From Camelus dromedarius (Eukaryota), in contig NC_087442.1 in the NCBI RefSeq assembly GCF_036321535.1, positions 42,904,001-42,968,000 of the forward strand: a stretch of 64,000 nucleotides of DNA, in the 5' to 3' direction. Under the pieces are notes generated by a model. The model was not told the origin of the DNA and did not search any database. It saw nothing but the letters and a program-made list of their open reading frames with translations. Positions 48,990 to 61,000 of this stretch are shown here, piece by piece (positions within the stretch are counted from its first letter, which is position 1; each line of letters starts with the position of its first letter). The position numbers were made by a program, and so were the translations under genes.

Positions 48990-49452
48990 GCAGCTAACAG
49001 CTAATGTGGTGAACTATTACAGTAATGGCCCTTTATAGATTACAGCTCTCATTCTACACTGTGTATCTACTCCATCCAACTCCGGGCTTAGCCATCCGAC
49101 TTGCTTTGGCTAGTGGTGTATTAGCAAATGTTACACAAGGATGGACTTCAAAAGCACTTTGTATATTGAGGCTTGCTCTGTCTTGCTGCTGGGAACTCTT
49201 CCACTGCTGCATAGAGAAGCCTGGACTAGCTTGCTGGAGAGATGCACTAACTCTCCAGTGTGTAAGTGAGGTCTTGTTGACTGTCTAGCCCGAGTCCAGT
49301 TCCCAGATGACTGAGCTGCATTACTGACCTCAGGCCTGACCAATAAATGAACTGCCCAACTAGCATGGTCTAAATTGCTCACCCCCAGAATTATGAGCAA
49401 ATAAGGCCACTAGGTTTTGGCATGAGTGGTATGTAGCAATAGATAACTGATG
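48990..49452 (+). mobile_element. MaLR LTR (MLT1F/G/H-like)
   Basis: gacttgctttggctagtgg, gaagcctggactagcttgctggagaga, aactgcccaact, cagaattatgagcaaataa...tatgtagcaatagataactga. Confidence 0.75.
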
Positions 49453-49889
49453 GAGCCAATGTAGTTGCTATTTCTGTACTTAGGTAGAAGTGTTTGTTAT
49501 TTATTGTATCGACTAGTGTGCTACCTGTGCTGACAAAACTCTTTCTGAAGGAGAATTATTATAATGCAGTTAGTATAAAAGCCAATTTCAATGCCAAAGC
49601 TTAGTTGCTAAAGTGAAGTTTTATTATTAAGCTATTCCAGAAAAGAGTTAGGTTTGCTATTAACAGGTCCCTGACTTATGCCTCTGTATTTCTGATTAAA
49701 AGGAGATTGTTTGACTAAATGTTGCCTAAGTAACTACCTTGTTGAGATATGAGATACACATGTTTAGTAACATCTGGGAAAGTAAGTTGGTAAAACTCAG
49801 TGTCATTAGGATGTTCCCGTGGACTGCTAGAGTTAAAGTATGTCTAGCTTTTAAGTGTTTTTTGTACTCTTAGAATTGAGCTTTATTAT

Positions 49890-50030
49890 TAGAAGGGACC
49901 TTAGCAACACTTTAATATGACTGTTATTTTGTAGATGGCAAACTGAGATTTAAAAAGGGTAAGTGATTTCCCCATGGTTCTCCAGCTTGATAGCAGATCT
50001 AGAACTAGCATCTTACTCTCCCAGCTCACT
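49890..50030 (-). mobile_element. MIR (MIR3/MIRc-like) fragment
   Basis: tagaagggaccttag...ttttgtagatggcaaactgaga...gtaagtgatttcccca...ctagaactagcatc. Confidence 0.6.
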
Positions 50031-50734
50031 AAGGTTTCCCCCACACTGCCAGACCCTATTCCTTTCAGTGGCCTTCTCTCTTTTTCTTATCAGTTGCCTA
50101 CTGTTAACCCCATTTCTAAGAATTTTATCTCCCTCACTGGCTGGTCCTCTGTCTTCTGTCTAGCTGACAGGCACTGCCTGCAGTGAAACCCTTGGGGAGT
50201 GAGGGGAAAGAACTGCCTTCTTTTCTAACCCTCAGAGGCTGCCTTCTAATCTGGAAGAGGCCTGACACTTCTGTTCCAGAGTCACTTCAGAAGAAATGGT
50301 TGAGAAGCCATTATTCTGGAATCTGAAGAACTCCAGAGAGATTTGGCCAGTCCTATTGTGTTGCCCCCATCCTGGAATGTTATTAACTGCCTATCAAGGA
50401 GGCTTTTGTTCTGGAGATGGGTTGGGATAGAACCAAAGTTTTTTGCGTTCTTCCTCTTTGGGATCCATCTGGTTACTGTGCTTAATCAAACCTCCAGAAA
50501 AAGAGACATTAAAGCAGTATCTTGGTATGTATCTCTAACATGTTTGAGCTTGACTGGGACAGGATCTGTTCCTAGGTATAAGGACTTGGATTTGAACAGC
50601 ATTATACCTGAAAGCAGAGGGGAGAGGGGATTGTTTTATATGTAATAGGCTATTTTCCATGCCCTTCTTCTGTGTTCCCATAGTACAGGATCTGTGCTGT
50701 TGCGAGGGCCATTGTGTTAAGCTTATGTTTATGC

Positions 50735-50850
50735 CCGTTTATTCCACTGCTAGACTCTGAGGAGGGCAGATACCATCTTTTTTTAAACTTTCTATCACCA
50801 GTGTGTTTCCAGGTGGGCATTTAATAAAGTATGGTTGATAAAATCAAAAA
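50735..50850 (+). mobile_element. L2 3' end
   Basis: tagactctgaggagggcagatacc...ggcatttaataaagtatggttga. Confidence 0.5.
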
Positions 50851-51861
50851 TCTTCTTTTTTTTTTGATTCAAGATTAATGTCAAGTACTTTGAGCCTTTC
50901 TGCAGTTATTTCTCACTCCCAAGCTGTTCTCTAGGTTATTATCTCCAGATTATTGACCTCTCCCTGAGGTTAAACTATGTAACTGCCTCTATATTCTAAC
51001 ATCAGTCAGATAGTAAGTATTTGACTGTGTTCAAAATCTTGATTATAATAGTAGGTGCCACTGGGAAGTGTGATTGTGATCAAAGTGGTGGAGTTAGGCT
51101 AAAAGAAGTAGAATAATATTCAGAACAACTTAAAGAGTAAGTTCTTAGATTAGACATTTAGAATTTACGAAAATATATTAATAAAACAATTTGCAAATAG
51201 TTACAAAATGCAAAATAATACAGTACAGCAGTATTCCCAATACTTAGCAACCAGAAAGGGAACTCTTTATTAACAGTCTGATCACAGCGACATGCTAGGC
51301 AGTGTAGAAAAACGATGTCTTTGCCCTATCCGAGGTGGTTGTTAATACTTAATTTGACTCGGTTTATATTCACCTCTATGGCTATTTAAAGAGAGAGCGT
51401 AGCACCAGATTTGATTTATGTTGCTGATTCCAGGGCAGGAGAAGGATTTTTCATTGTGGAAATGGAAAATTTATGTTAAAGATCAACGAGAAACCTAGTA
51501 GATGATTCCCAGTTACATCAGAGGGGAACCAGTGGAATTTACAAGTAGATTTGACAGTTCTTTAGTAAATATTCTTTAAGCAAGGAAGAAAGGAAACTGT
51601 TTAGCTCATATAATCCTCTTACCATCTTTAGTTTCATTTTTCATTGTATTTCTGTTAACAAATTAAAAGAAGTTTACTTGGATATTAGGGAGAGCCAGGA
51701 ACTTAAAAGTAACTCTAAAAATGAAGGTCTTCATTTTTTCTTTAATGAAATGTCTTAAATTATTATATTTACATAACTCTTAGAAGATTATATACTGTTT
51801 TCTGATTATACACTCTAATCTTCTCTATTACGCTGACAGCACCTTGATAGCAAGGGACATG

Positions 51862-52250
51862 CTTCATTCCTCATTTCATGCAGTAAACATTTTTGGGTAC
51901 TTCCTATGTACAGGTATATTCTAGGTACTAGAGTTAGAACTTTAAAGATATTCAGTGTCTTTTGCATCATGGAGCTTATGATGTAGTAGCAATAGAGAGA
52001 ATAAACAAATGAACAAGAATAACTTCCATGATAAGTACTATGAAAGAAAAAAGGCAGAGTAAACAGTTAAGGAGACAGAGACTGAGGGGAGGGCCTTTTG
52101 ACTAGAATGGACAGGATGCCTTTTCTGGGGAAGTGACATTTAAGCAGAGATCTGAATGCACAGGTCCAGGGGAAGAGTGTTTTTGGTGGAGGGAGGTGCT
52201 CTGTAAACACACTAGGGCATGAATATGCTTGGTATGTTTGTGGAACCTTT
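51862..52250 (-). mobile_element. L2 LINE fragment
   Basis: ttcattcctcatttcatgcagtaaacatttttgggtacttcctatgtacagg...catggagcttat...gaagtgacatttaagcagagatctgaatg. Confidence 0.8.
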
Positions 52251-55200
52251 ATCTTTGTATCACCAAGACTTAGGAGGTAGTTTCCCTCAGAGTCAGTTAA
52301 ACTGAATCACCTATACCTTGACTCCTCATATGTCTAATGCCATGCCTTTGTTTAACAGTTTGTGGTTATGAAAGTAAAGCTAACTGGGCCTTATGTCAGT
52401 TAGCCCATGGTAAGTATGATGTAAGTATGATGCCCTAATCTGTTTATCTGTCTTGTGTAAATCACATCTTTATAAAAGGCGTAATCCTTCTTTAATGTGA
52501 AGTGTTTAGTCACACCATTTTGGGCACATGTTTTTTTTTTTAGTGTGGAGTAGATCTGCTACTACAGAGTTAGTTCCAGTTTGATCACCTCTCTTGTATA
52601 ATGAATGCTAGACATAAAGCAAATTAAAAACTATTGTTTGTGACTAATGACCAAATACTGTTCAGTCTGCTCCAAGGGCATAATTACAGCATTTAACTGT
52701 GCTTGAATAATTGAAGAATAAGCTCACTGATTGCCTAATACATCTGTTGGTTTGCACAGAAACCTTGACTATGTGACTATGAAGTGGCACTTGTAGTTAG
52801 TTAGCCCAAGGCTTTCTGTGCTGGCAAGCCTCATTGATTTGCTAAATTGTATTGCTCTGGTTAGGGATTAAAGTCAGAATTAAATAATTGAACTTGCGTG
52901 TATATGTTTGTGTAACAGTTCCCTACCAGGAAATCAAATTTTATACTCTCCTTGGCTGGGTTAAGTTTTAGTAATTTGTCTGAGGTATTCTTAGTATATG
53001 AATAGCAAGCACAAAACCTATTAAGGAGTTTCTCTTACAGTGCTAGACTTGCTTGCTAAATTCTTCGATGAAAGTCTCATATAGACTCCATTATTGTTTC
53101 TAAAATCAAGTGTTCAGTCTTGGCCTTTACTGCTCACTGGACTGGATACCTACTGTTTTTCCACTTGATCTGTATCTAATTTATGGTAAAGGGAGCACAA
53201 AAACAAAAACTTCATATTTTGGCACATAACACCACTATAGTTAAGGGTCTGTTGGCATTTCCATTAAAACATTTTCTTAGAGAGGTTTATAACTTGGCAA
53301 TCTTACTTGGCTTTGGGCTGAAACATTGCTATTTCTGTCCAAAATCAAATTCTTTTTACCAAATTTCATATAACTGAATTTGCTGTGATTTATAATGTGT
53401 GGAGGGGGAAGGGCTATGGCAAGCTGTTTGATTACACAGTAGTATTCTGTGCATTGTGTATTCTTACATTTTAGTCTTACCTCAGTAAGATTTTATTTTT
53501 TGAGATGTTTTGAAATAAGTTGTTTTAACATGATTAAGATAATTCCTCTTCATGGGTTCTTCCTTTTAAAGAATTGTACTACTATTGTTTAAATGATGAA
53601 CTTCTATTATTTATTATAAATTTTAAAGGGCTTTGTGGCATTGACTTTTGTGTGAGAGACTTGAATTATTCTGCGTTGAAAACTATCAAAGTAAGCCTCT
53701 CCTTGGTCTGATTTGGTGCTATTCAAAGCTTTAGTAGTTGAAATAATTAAAATTTTCTTTAACTTGATTTGATGGACAAATCTATTTCCTTAGAAATAGA
53801 ATAAGATCATCAGTACCAGTACACCAGAAATGGGTTAATTATGTTAACCATTTACATTTACTCATAATTTTGCTTATTACCCTGTATCCATTCAGTATCT
53901 TTTTTGTCTCTGGAGGATACCTTTTGCCTGGGATCTTCTCCAGTTTGCACAAAGTCGTTCAGAAATGTTTGGTAAATAAATTCCAAGGATTTCTTTGAAA
54001 TTATTCCCAAAGAGGTGCCCATAAAAACCTCTTTTTTCATTCTTTGGCACGCCTGAGACTCCCTTACAACAGTTGTCATGGACAGGAGTCCCTACATAAG
54101 GTGTTAATGAGTTCTTAACACATTTAGAGAAGACTGCTGACTCACTGCCCATGGTAACAGTTGAGACAGCTTTAATAACTTGTCTACTAAGAAAATAGTA
54201 AAAGAATGGTTAGAGAAGGCAAGGTGATCACTTCCTCCGTGTTTGTATTATTACTATCAGTTATTGTTAGTAATAATCATTACTGTTAACAACAACCTAG
54301 TTTATTTCTTAGAACTTACTCTCTTGCAGTTTGCAGTTCCCTCATCTCCAAATCTGTAGGGCAGATTTTAACTGCACTGCAATTTCCAGTCAAGTAACTG
54401 TTACCAGGGTTGCTCTTACCAGGCTCTGTCCTGTGGTGGAGGAACACTGTGTTCTCCTCACATGGTTTTGTCGGAAAGTGCATGGATAAGGCAGGGGTCC
54501 TGTCTGAAGTAATCCCAGGGTATTTTTAATGTCCTTTAATTGCCAGTCAGGATGTAAGTCAGACCAGACACAATTGGGTCTGGTCACATAGTTCAGGACT
54601 GCCTAGCAGTGTTTATATAAAGGTGAAGTAGATTCAGTAAATGAGTCTCCTGAAGCTATTAATTGTGTATAATTTATTTTCCATTAACATCTATTAATTC
54701 CTAAGCAGTGTGCAGTTAGTTCCAGTATACTTTATGTATTACATGTCTTTATTTTGTTTTTCTTGTAATCCCTGGATAGCTATTGGGGTGAAGTGGGAGG
54801 AGGCAATGGAATTAAGAATTTGATATGGGCCTTGTCATCACAATCAAACTGTTACCAGATTTATTTGCAGTTTTCTAGGTGTCTGATTTTCTTAAAGTTT
54901 GATGTTAGCAGATGGAAAGTTTCTTAAGCTGAGTTTAAGTTTTTCTCTATATATATTTGCCATACAATTCTATTTTATTTTACACTGAGGTGTTTATTTT
55001 GAAAAATTTAAATTTACATGCGCATTTCATAGTAGCCATCCTCCCAACATGGCCAATGAAGATATATGATAACCAACTAACATCTCTCTTCTGCCTTAAA
55101 TAAATTCGACCCGAAGGTAGAGGGGTTTTGTTGTTGTTTTGTATTTAGCTCAAGTTACGTCCAGCAATGTGAGAGAGATGGACTCTTTTAGAAGAGTATT

Positions 55201-56359
55201 TAGAATTTTAAGGTTTGTACCTGACGTCTTTTTTAACTGAGTTATTGACTGTTAGTTGTCATCAGAATGTTTATCCATTGCAGTCTAAGACAGCATTGTT
55301 CTTACGGAGTCTTTAAAAAGTGAAACAATATGAGGCCAGGCATACAAATAATTTTATCATTAATTATATATCATTTCCACTAATTCTTATGTATGAGGGT
55401 AATACTTGTACTCAAGTGGCCAACATTTTTAATGTGCTATGTACATACATTAAAAGAGTAAAAAAATAGTCTTGGCAGACATTGCAATAGTTAATTGGCT
55501 TTTCCAGCCAAGATGGGTTTATAAAACTTTCTAAAAATTAAGAAGTGAGAGAGAAAGAATTTTTCTTTGCATTAATGCCACATTAACCCTTTACCTTAGG
55601 CTATAAAAATTTTCTTGCAGCATTTTTCATTGATAAGCAGCTAGAGGAAGGAGTTGATTTATTGTAATTGTCAAATATCTGCAAACACTCAGATAGTTGA
55701 AAGAATTATTTTGACATAAAATTCTGAGTAAAGATGAGATTTTTCTCAAAAAGTGATAAATTTTGAGAAAGGAATAAGAGAAAGTATAATTCTGAGTTTG
55801 AGATCTGTAATCTTTAGTAGCAAACTTTAAGAAAAAGCATTTAGAAATATTTGATGGTTTGTCATGGGCTTTAATTGGGCTGTACTTTTATATTCTTACT
55901 AGTTGTATAAAATCAACAGCTTTTCATGATCGAGCATTTACATCTTAAATCTTGCACACTGCTCTGTTAGGAGATAGACCCAGCAACACTGGGTGTTTTG
56001 AAGTTAATAGAAGTAGTCTACATTTGATACAGAAAAGTTGCTTTATATGGTGTTCAAGGGCTAGTGGACAAGGGTAAGAGTTGAGGGGAGGGAGGCAGGG
56101 TGGGTGCATGTCAGGGAGTAAGAGGGCGATTACACTATCCTTCTCCATTTTAGCTGGTAGTTTGGATTAAAACTGCAAAATTAAATTTTTCAGAATTGTT
56201 AGTACCCCAAGTAGGGATATAAACTATATTGAACAGAATTTATTTAGCCTATTAAAAAGTCAGCCTAAAACTATAGTTAATTAGTTTACATTATTACATC
56301 ACTTCTCGTAGAGACTCAAACTGGTACTGAGTAAGAGGAGCACTATCAGGTGAGCTGAC

Positions 56360-56859
56360 NNNNNNNNNNNNNNNNNNNNNNNNNNNNNNNNNNNNNNNNN
56401 NNNNNNNNNNNNNNNNNNNNNNNNNNNNNNNNNNNNNNNNNNNNNNNNNNNNNNNNNNNNNNNNNNNNNNNNNNNNNNNNNNNNNNNNNNNNNNNNNNNN
56501 NNNNNNNNNNNNNNNNNNNNNNNNNNNNNNNNNNNNNNNNNNNNNNNNNNNNNNNNNNNNNNNNNNNNNNNNNNNNNNNNNNNNNNNNNNNNNNNNNNNN
56601 NNNNNNNNNNNNNNNNNNNNNNNNNNNNNNNNNNNNNNNNNNNNNNNNNNNNNNNNNNNNNNNNNNNNNNNNNNNNNNNNNNNNNNNNNNNNNNNNNNNN
56701 NNNNNNNNNNNNNNNNNNNNNNNNNNNNNNNNNNNNNNNNNNNNNNNNNNNNNNNNNNNNNNNNNNNNNNNNNNNNNNNNNNNNNNNNNNNNNNNNNNNN
56801 NNNNNNNNNNNNNNNNNNNNNNNNNNNNNNNNNNNNNNNNNNNNNNNNNNNNNNNNNNN
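56360..56859. other. Assembly gap (500 N; round number, true size uncertain)
   Basis: N run. Confidence 0.99.
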
Positions 56860-57148
56860 CATCCCTACATCCCCAATTCTTAAGCATTTCTTTTAAATTA
56901 AAGCTTTGGTACAATTCAGGTTTTTGAAAAAAATATTTTGCTTCCGTTTTGATTGTCACATAAGGAAATTGTCACATGCAGTTAATTGCTTAACATTTTA
57001 AAGTTTTAAAATAAGAATGATCAGTTATTGTTATACTACGGGATGAATAACTTGTTTAGGAAGAAGGCAGAGTAGTCAAAAGGGGTGGTTGTTGTTTCAG
57101 GCAACAGCTCAATTTCTAAAAACGTAAGCCTCCATTAGGAGTTTTTCT

Positions 57149-57167
57149 GTGCCACCAGGTGGCATTA
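57149..57167 (+). promoter_or_regulatory. Candidate CTCF site GTGCCACCAGGTGGCATTA
   Basis: Close match to the CTCF core consensus TGGCCACCAG(G/A)(G/T)GGC(G/A)CTA. Motif match only. Confidence 0.55.
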
Positions 57168-57457
57168 CATCCAAACCTGCTTGTGAAAAAGGGAGGATTT
57201 TAAAATAACATTCTTTTTTGTTCAAGAGAGGTCATAATACTTCTGAATTTTTGCTTTTGAAGTTGACTTAAAAATACATCTAATATTTAGGTTGATGAAA
57301 TGTCTCCAAAGAACTAAAAAGATTTCTGAACTCTGCAAGTGTTTGCTTTTTGGTGGTTAATACTGAAATGAAAGTAAATTAAAATGTTGAAACATTTGCT
57401 GAGGATTGCTCCCCCCACCAACTTTTTTTTCAAGTAAAATGAGCATTTAACAGTTGG

Positions 57458-57510
57458 TTATATATATGTATATAAATATAAATATATATGTCTGTGTATA
57501 TATATATATT
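57458..57510. repeat. (TA)-rich low-complexity tract
   Basis: tatatatatgtatataaatataaatatatatgtctgtgtatatatatatat. Confidence 0.8.
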
Positions 57511-60500
57511 TGGTTTTGGTTTTCTTGTCTAAACACTCCAGAGAGGATTCTGCCTATAAAAACCCTCACAAATATTGCAGAAGCCCCCCAGGGCAGCAAA
57601 TCTCTGTCCTCCCCCTCTCTACACCAGCCCCAGCCCTTATAAAAAAAAGTGTCAGCAGCTTTCACTATATGGGAATTTTTAAAAAGAGGAAAGACCTCTG
57701 AAAGTTGCAGGTTGGTCCTTTTCACAGGCCTGACTAGGTTAGGTTCCTTAGGCAGTCTATGTTCATGTCTTAAAGCTGTTTTGGGGAAAGTCAGTTCTTG
57801 TAGTTTCCTGTACTGGTTTTGAAGGAGTCCTGTTACAGTCATTTGAATCAGCTCATTTCAAGAAAGTGGTAAGGTAAAAGCAGAAAAAAAGGCTCATTAT
57901 AAATTTTATTAAAAAGATTTTTTTCATTAAAATACATAGTAATGTTCTATTTCTATGAACCCATATATAAGTTAATAAACTACAGAAAAATTGTTTAATA
58001 CAACTATTCAGGTGCTACATGTCAGAATAAATAAGGTTCAGTGTACATCGTATCGATTTTTATCCTTTTAAAAAAATGTGTTCATCATACAGAGAGGTGC
58101 TTGATACTTAGCTTTGATTTTTTATCGAAAAGCTTTATGAAATATTACTCGTTTTATATTCTCACCTCTTCCTTTGAGGCTTCTCAGTGTGTACAGCCTG
58201 ATTAAGAAATGTATATGTTTTCAAAGTAAATGTTTGACCTCCCACCTTGATGTTTCTGCTTTTAAACACAGAGACACCCACACAAAACACAACCCTCCCC
58301 TTCCCTATACTTTGAATAACTTGATTGTAATTTGTGTTGTACTAAAGCTAAATACAAAGAACCTTTAGTATTACAAAGAAAACTTTGTTTTAAAAATTAT
58401 GAAAATTTCACGTTTCAAAGTCTAGACAAAGGGACTCATGACATTTGACACTGAATATTTTACTTTTAAACTTGATACAACAGCCTGCTTCTTAGCTTTG
58501 TTGTATGCTGATATTTCTACTTATTTAACATCAAAAAGCTGTAGTGGTTTTTCTTTATAGATTGTGCCTGTGTTCTGGAATTGCCTCCTGCTGTCCATGA
58601 ATTGCTCCTTGGCTTGTTTTGTAAGAATTTCTCACCAGGGTTTTTGTAAGCTATGTAGCCAACATTAAGGGGGAAAAAAAGAATTTGATACAGTAGGACA
58701 GATTAGTAAAAATTATACTTACTATTTATAATTATAATTGAGTCAGCCTACTGGCTCAGCATGTCAGTTTTATGTAATAAACACATACAAATCTCATGTA
58801 ATAATATGCAGAGGTATTTATAATTGTCTACAATGACTATTTTTCTAGTTCTTTCTAAAATATTAAATGACTTTTTTTGCTCAAGTTCTATAAATCTACT
58901 TTTTCATTTAAAAATAATAGAAAAAAATCCTTACTTGTTAGGATGTGTGTAATTTAGTAATGAAGCATTAAGATTTTGGCTTCTCTCATTTCAGTTGGAA
59001 ATAGTATTGGTGTAAGTGAGTGTTGCCATGGGAACCTCCACATAGATATAAAAGGCAAGACTGTCTAAGTAGAGGAGGAGGGGCAATGTACTCAAATACC
59101 ACTGGGCTAAATGATTTTTTTTATGTCTGTGTTGGGGTACGTGTAGGAGGGAGCTAGGATGAGAAGGGAAGAGAAAGCAGTGCAGAAAGTGAATATTAAA
59201 AGTTAAAACTGCGTACCCAAATTTCTGGAGTCTCATGGGTGGAAGTGTTTTAAAATTTAAATGAATAAAATGTGATTCTTAATTATTTATATCATTTGCA
59301 TATATTGGGGAGTCTTTGCATTACTTCTTTTTAAACTATGTTGATAGAACGTGTTTAACTTACTTGATTTTTAGATAAAATATGTAATTGAATGAAATTT
59401 GTTGGTTGGAAAGTTAGGATTTCAATCTCTGAAGTGGCTTTAATTATAAATTTTATTAAGTAGTTTAACATACTTAAACTATAAACTTTGCTGACTAGGA
59501 GACAGTTAAATGTGGTTTTCAAAGAAAAGCTGGCTTTTAGACTTCATAGTATTTTTAATATTAGGTTTTAAAAAATTAAATGATTTTGTACTTTTCCATA
59601 AATATTGGTCAAGGAAACAGTGACTTACTGTATCTGCATGTATAATACTGTATGGTTTTCTAAAAAATATAAAGAACGAAAACAGCAAAAGCAAGCATCA
59701 AGTCCTTTTCTATCCTTCAGGAGCACATGTGTAGCTGCTGATAACGATGATCCGAGAACAATCAGTTTAACTGTATGTAAAATATTTTTGTTTTTTGTAT
59801 ATTTATATTACCAAAATACAATGAAATTGTGCCAAACGTGAGTTAATATGGTAAAATGCAACATCATCATTGCAGTTTTTACACTATGATTTCTGGTTGT
59901 CTGATACATGTGTAAAAATAAAAGACAAGGCATTAACCTGACAAAAACTGTTTAAACTTACGTTTTTAGTCAGTCCAGAGAAAAAGTAAAGCTGCCAAGG
60001 TAATAAAACATCTGGAAGTTTTTAAATTAAAAAGAGTAATTTAAATTAAAAAAAGGGAGAGGGGAGAGAGAGGAGAAAGAGGGGAAAAAGACTGCATGCT
60101 GCTCCCTAGGCCTGTCCGTATCTGATGTAAATTAACCAGCAGTGGGAGTGTATTGTTTCCAACTCTGCACAAACAATGCTGGCATCTTCTGGGGGCTGGG
60201 TGGGTGTTGGGGTAGAGAAGGGTGTTGAGAAGTGAACTGGAATGCAAAGAGTTTAGTCATCAGTGGATTCTGTGGCATAAAAAACAACAGGATTGAGAGT
60301 AAAGAAGGCGAAAGTATGTTTGCATATCAGATTAATCAAGTGAATCCTTCAAGTGGTGTGAAATAATTCATAACTGTGAGAGAATGCTTAGTTGTCAGTA
60401 ATCTTCAGTCTTTTTTTTTTTTTTTTTTTTGAGACTGAATGAGGCCCTTACACCGTAAAATGTTCAGCAACCAAGATACACCATACCTACTTTCAGTGTG

Positions 60501-60879
60501 TGCTTTTGGCATATGATATCTGCTTAGTTTTAGACTTGACTTCTTAACAAAGAGATGAAGAAAAATTTTATTTCTTGGAAAAATAGACAAGAGGGGTAAA
60601 AGTTCAAGTTTATAAAAAAAAATACTGAAGAGAATGAAAGTAAGGGCAACAGCATCCGTGTTGTTTTTCTGTTTCAGTTTTTGTCTGCTGCTCTCCCTAC
60701 CCCGCTTCCTTGGAAAAAACCTGATAAGCTTAATGGAGTGGAAAGCATTAAAATGCACACAGCTTTATCAATAAGTGGATTCAAAATATTTTTAATCACC
60801 TTAAATTTCATAATGCAGAATTTTTTAGAAGAAGGCAACTAATATTTAAGTATTAAATATTTAAGTAATATTAAGTACT

Positions 60880-61000
60880 TTGGTGTGTCAGGCAATCATG
60901 CTAGGTGGTTTGTGTATTTTAAACCATTTAATTCTTGTGGAACTTCATGAAATGCAGATTGTCTTCATTTTTTTAGTGAGGAAGTTGAGGCTCATTTAGG
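60880..61000 (-). mobile_element. MIR fragment
   Basis: gtgtcaggcaatcatgctagg...catttaattctt...cattttttagtgaggaagttgaggctca. Confidence 0.6.

Noticed and set aside
55495-55510. TTGGC...GCCAA as an NFI site
   Set aside because: The spacer is 6 nt, whereas NFI needs 5.
56294-56959. 221-aa and 187-aa ORFs
   Set aside because: They are almost entirely the 500-N gap.
60404-60439. T20-GAGAC resembling an Alu tail, flanked by an 8-bp inverted repeat (ttcagtct/agactgaa)
   Set aside because: No Alu body follows and the genome is not primate. It is a poly(T) tract with a short, probably chance, inverted repeat.
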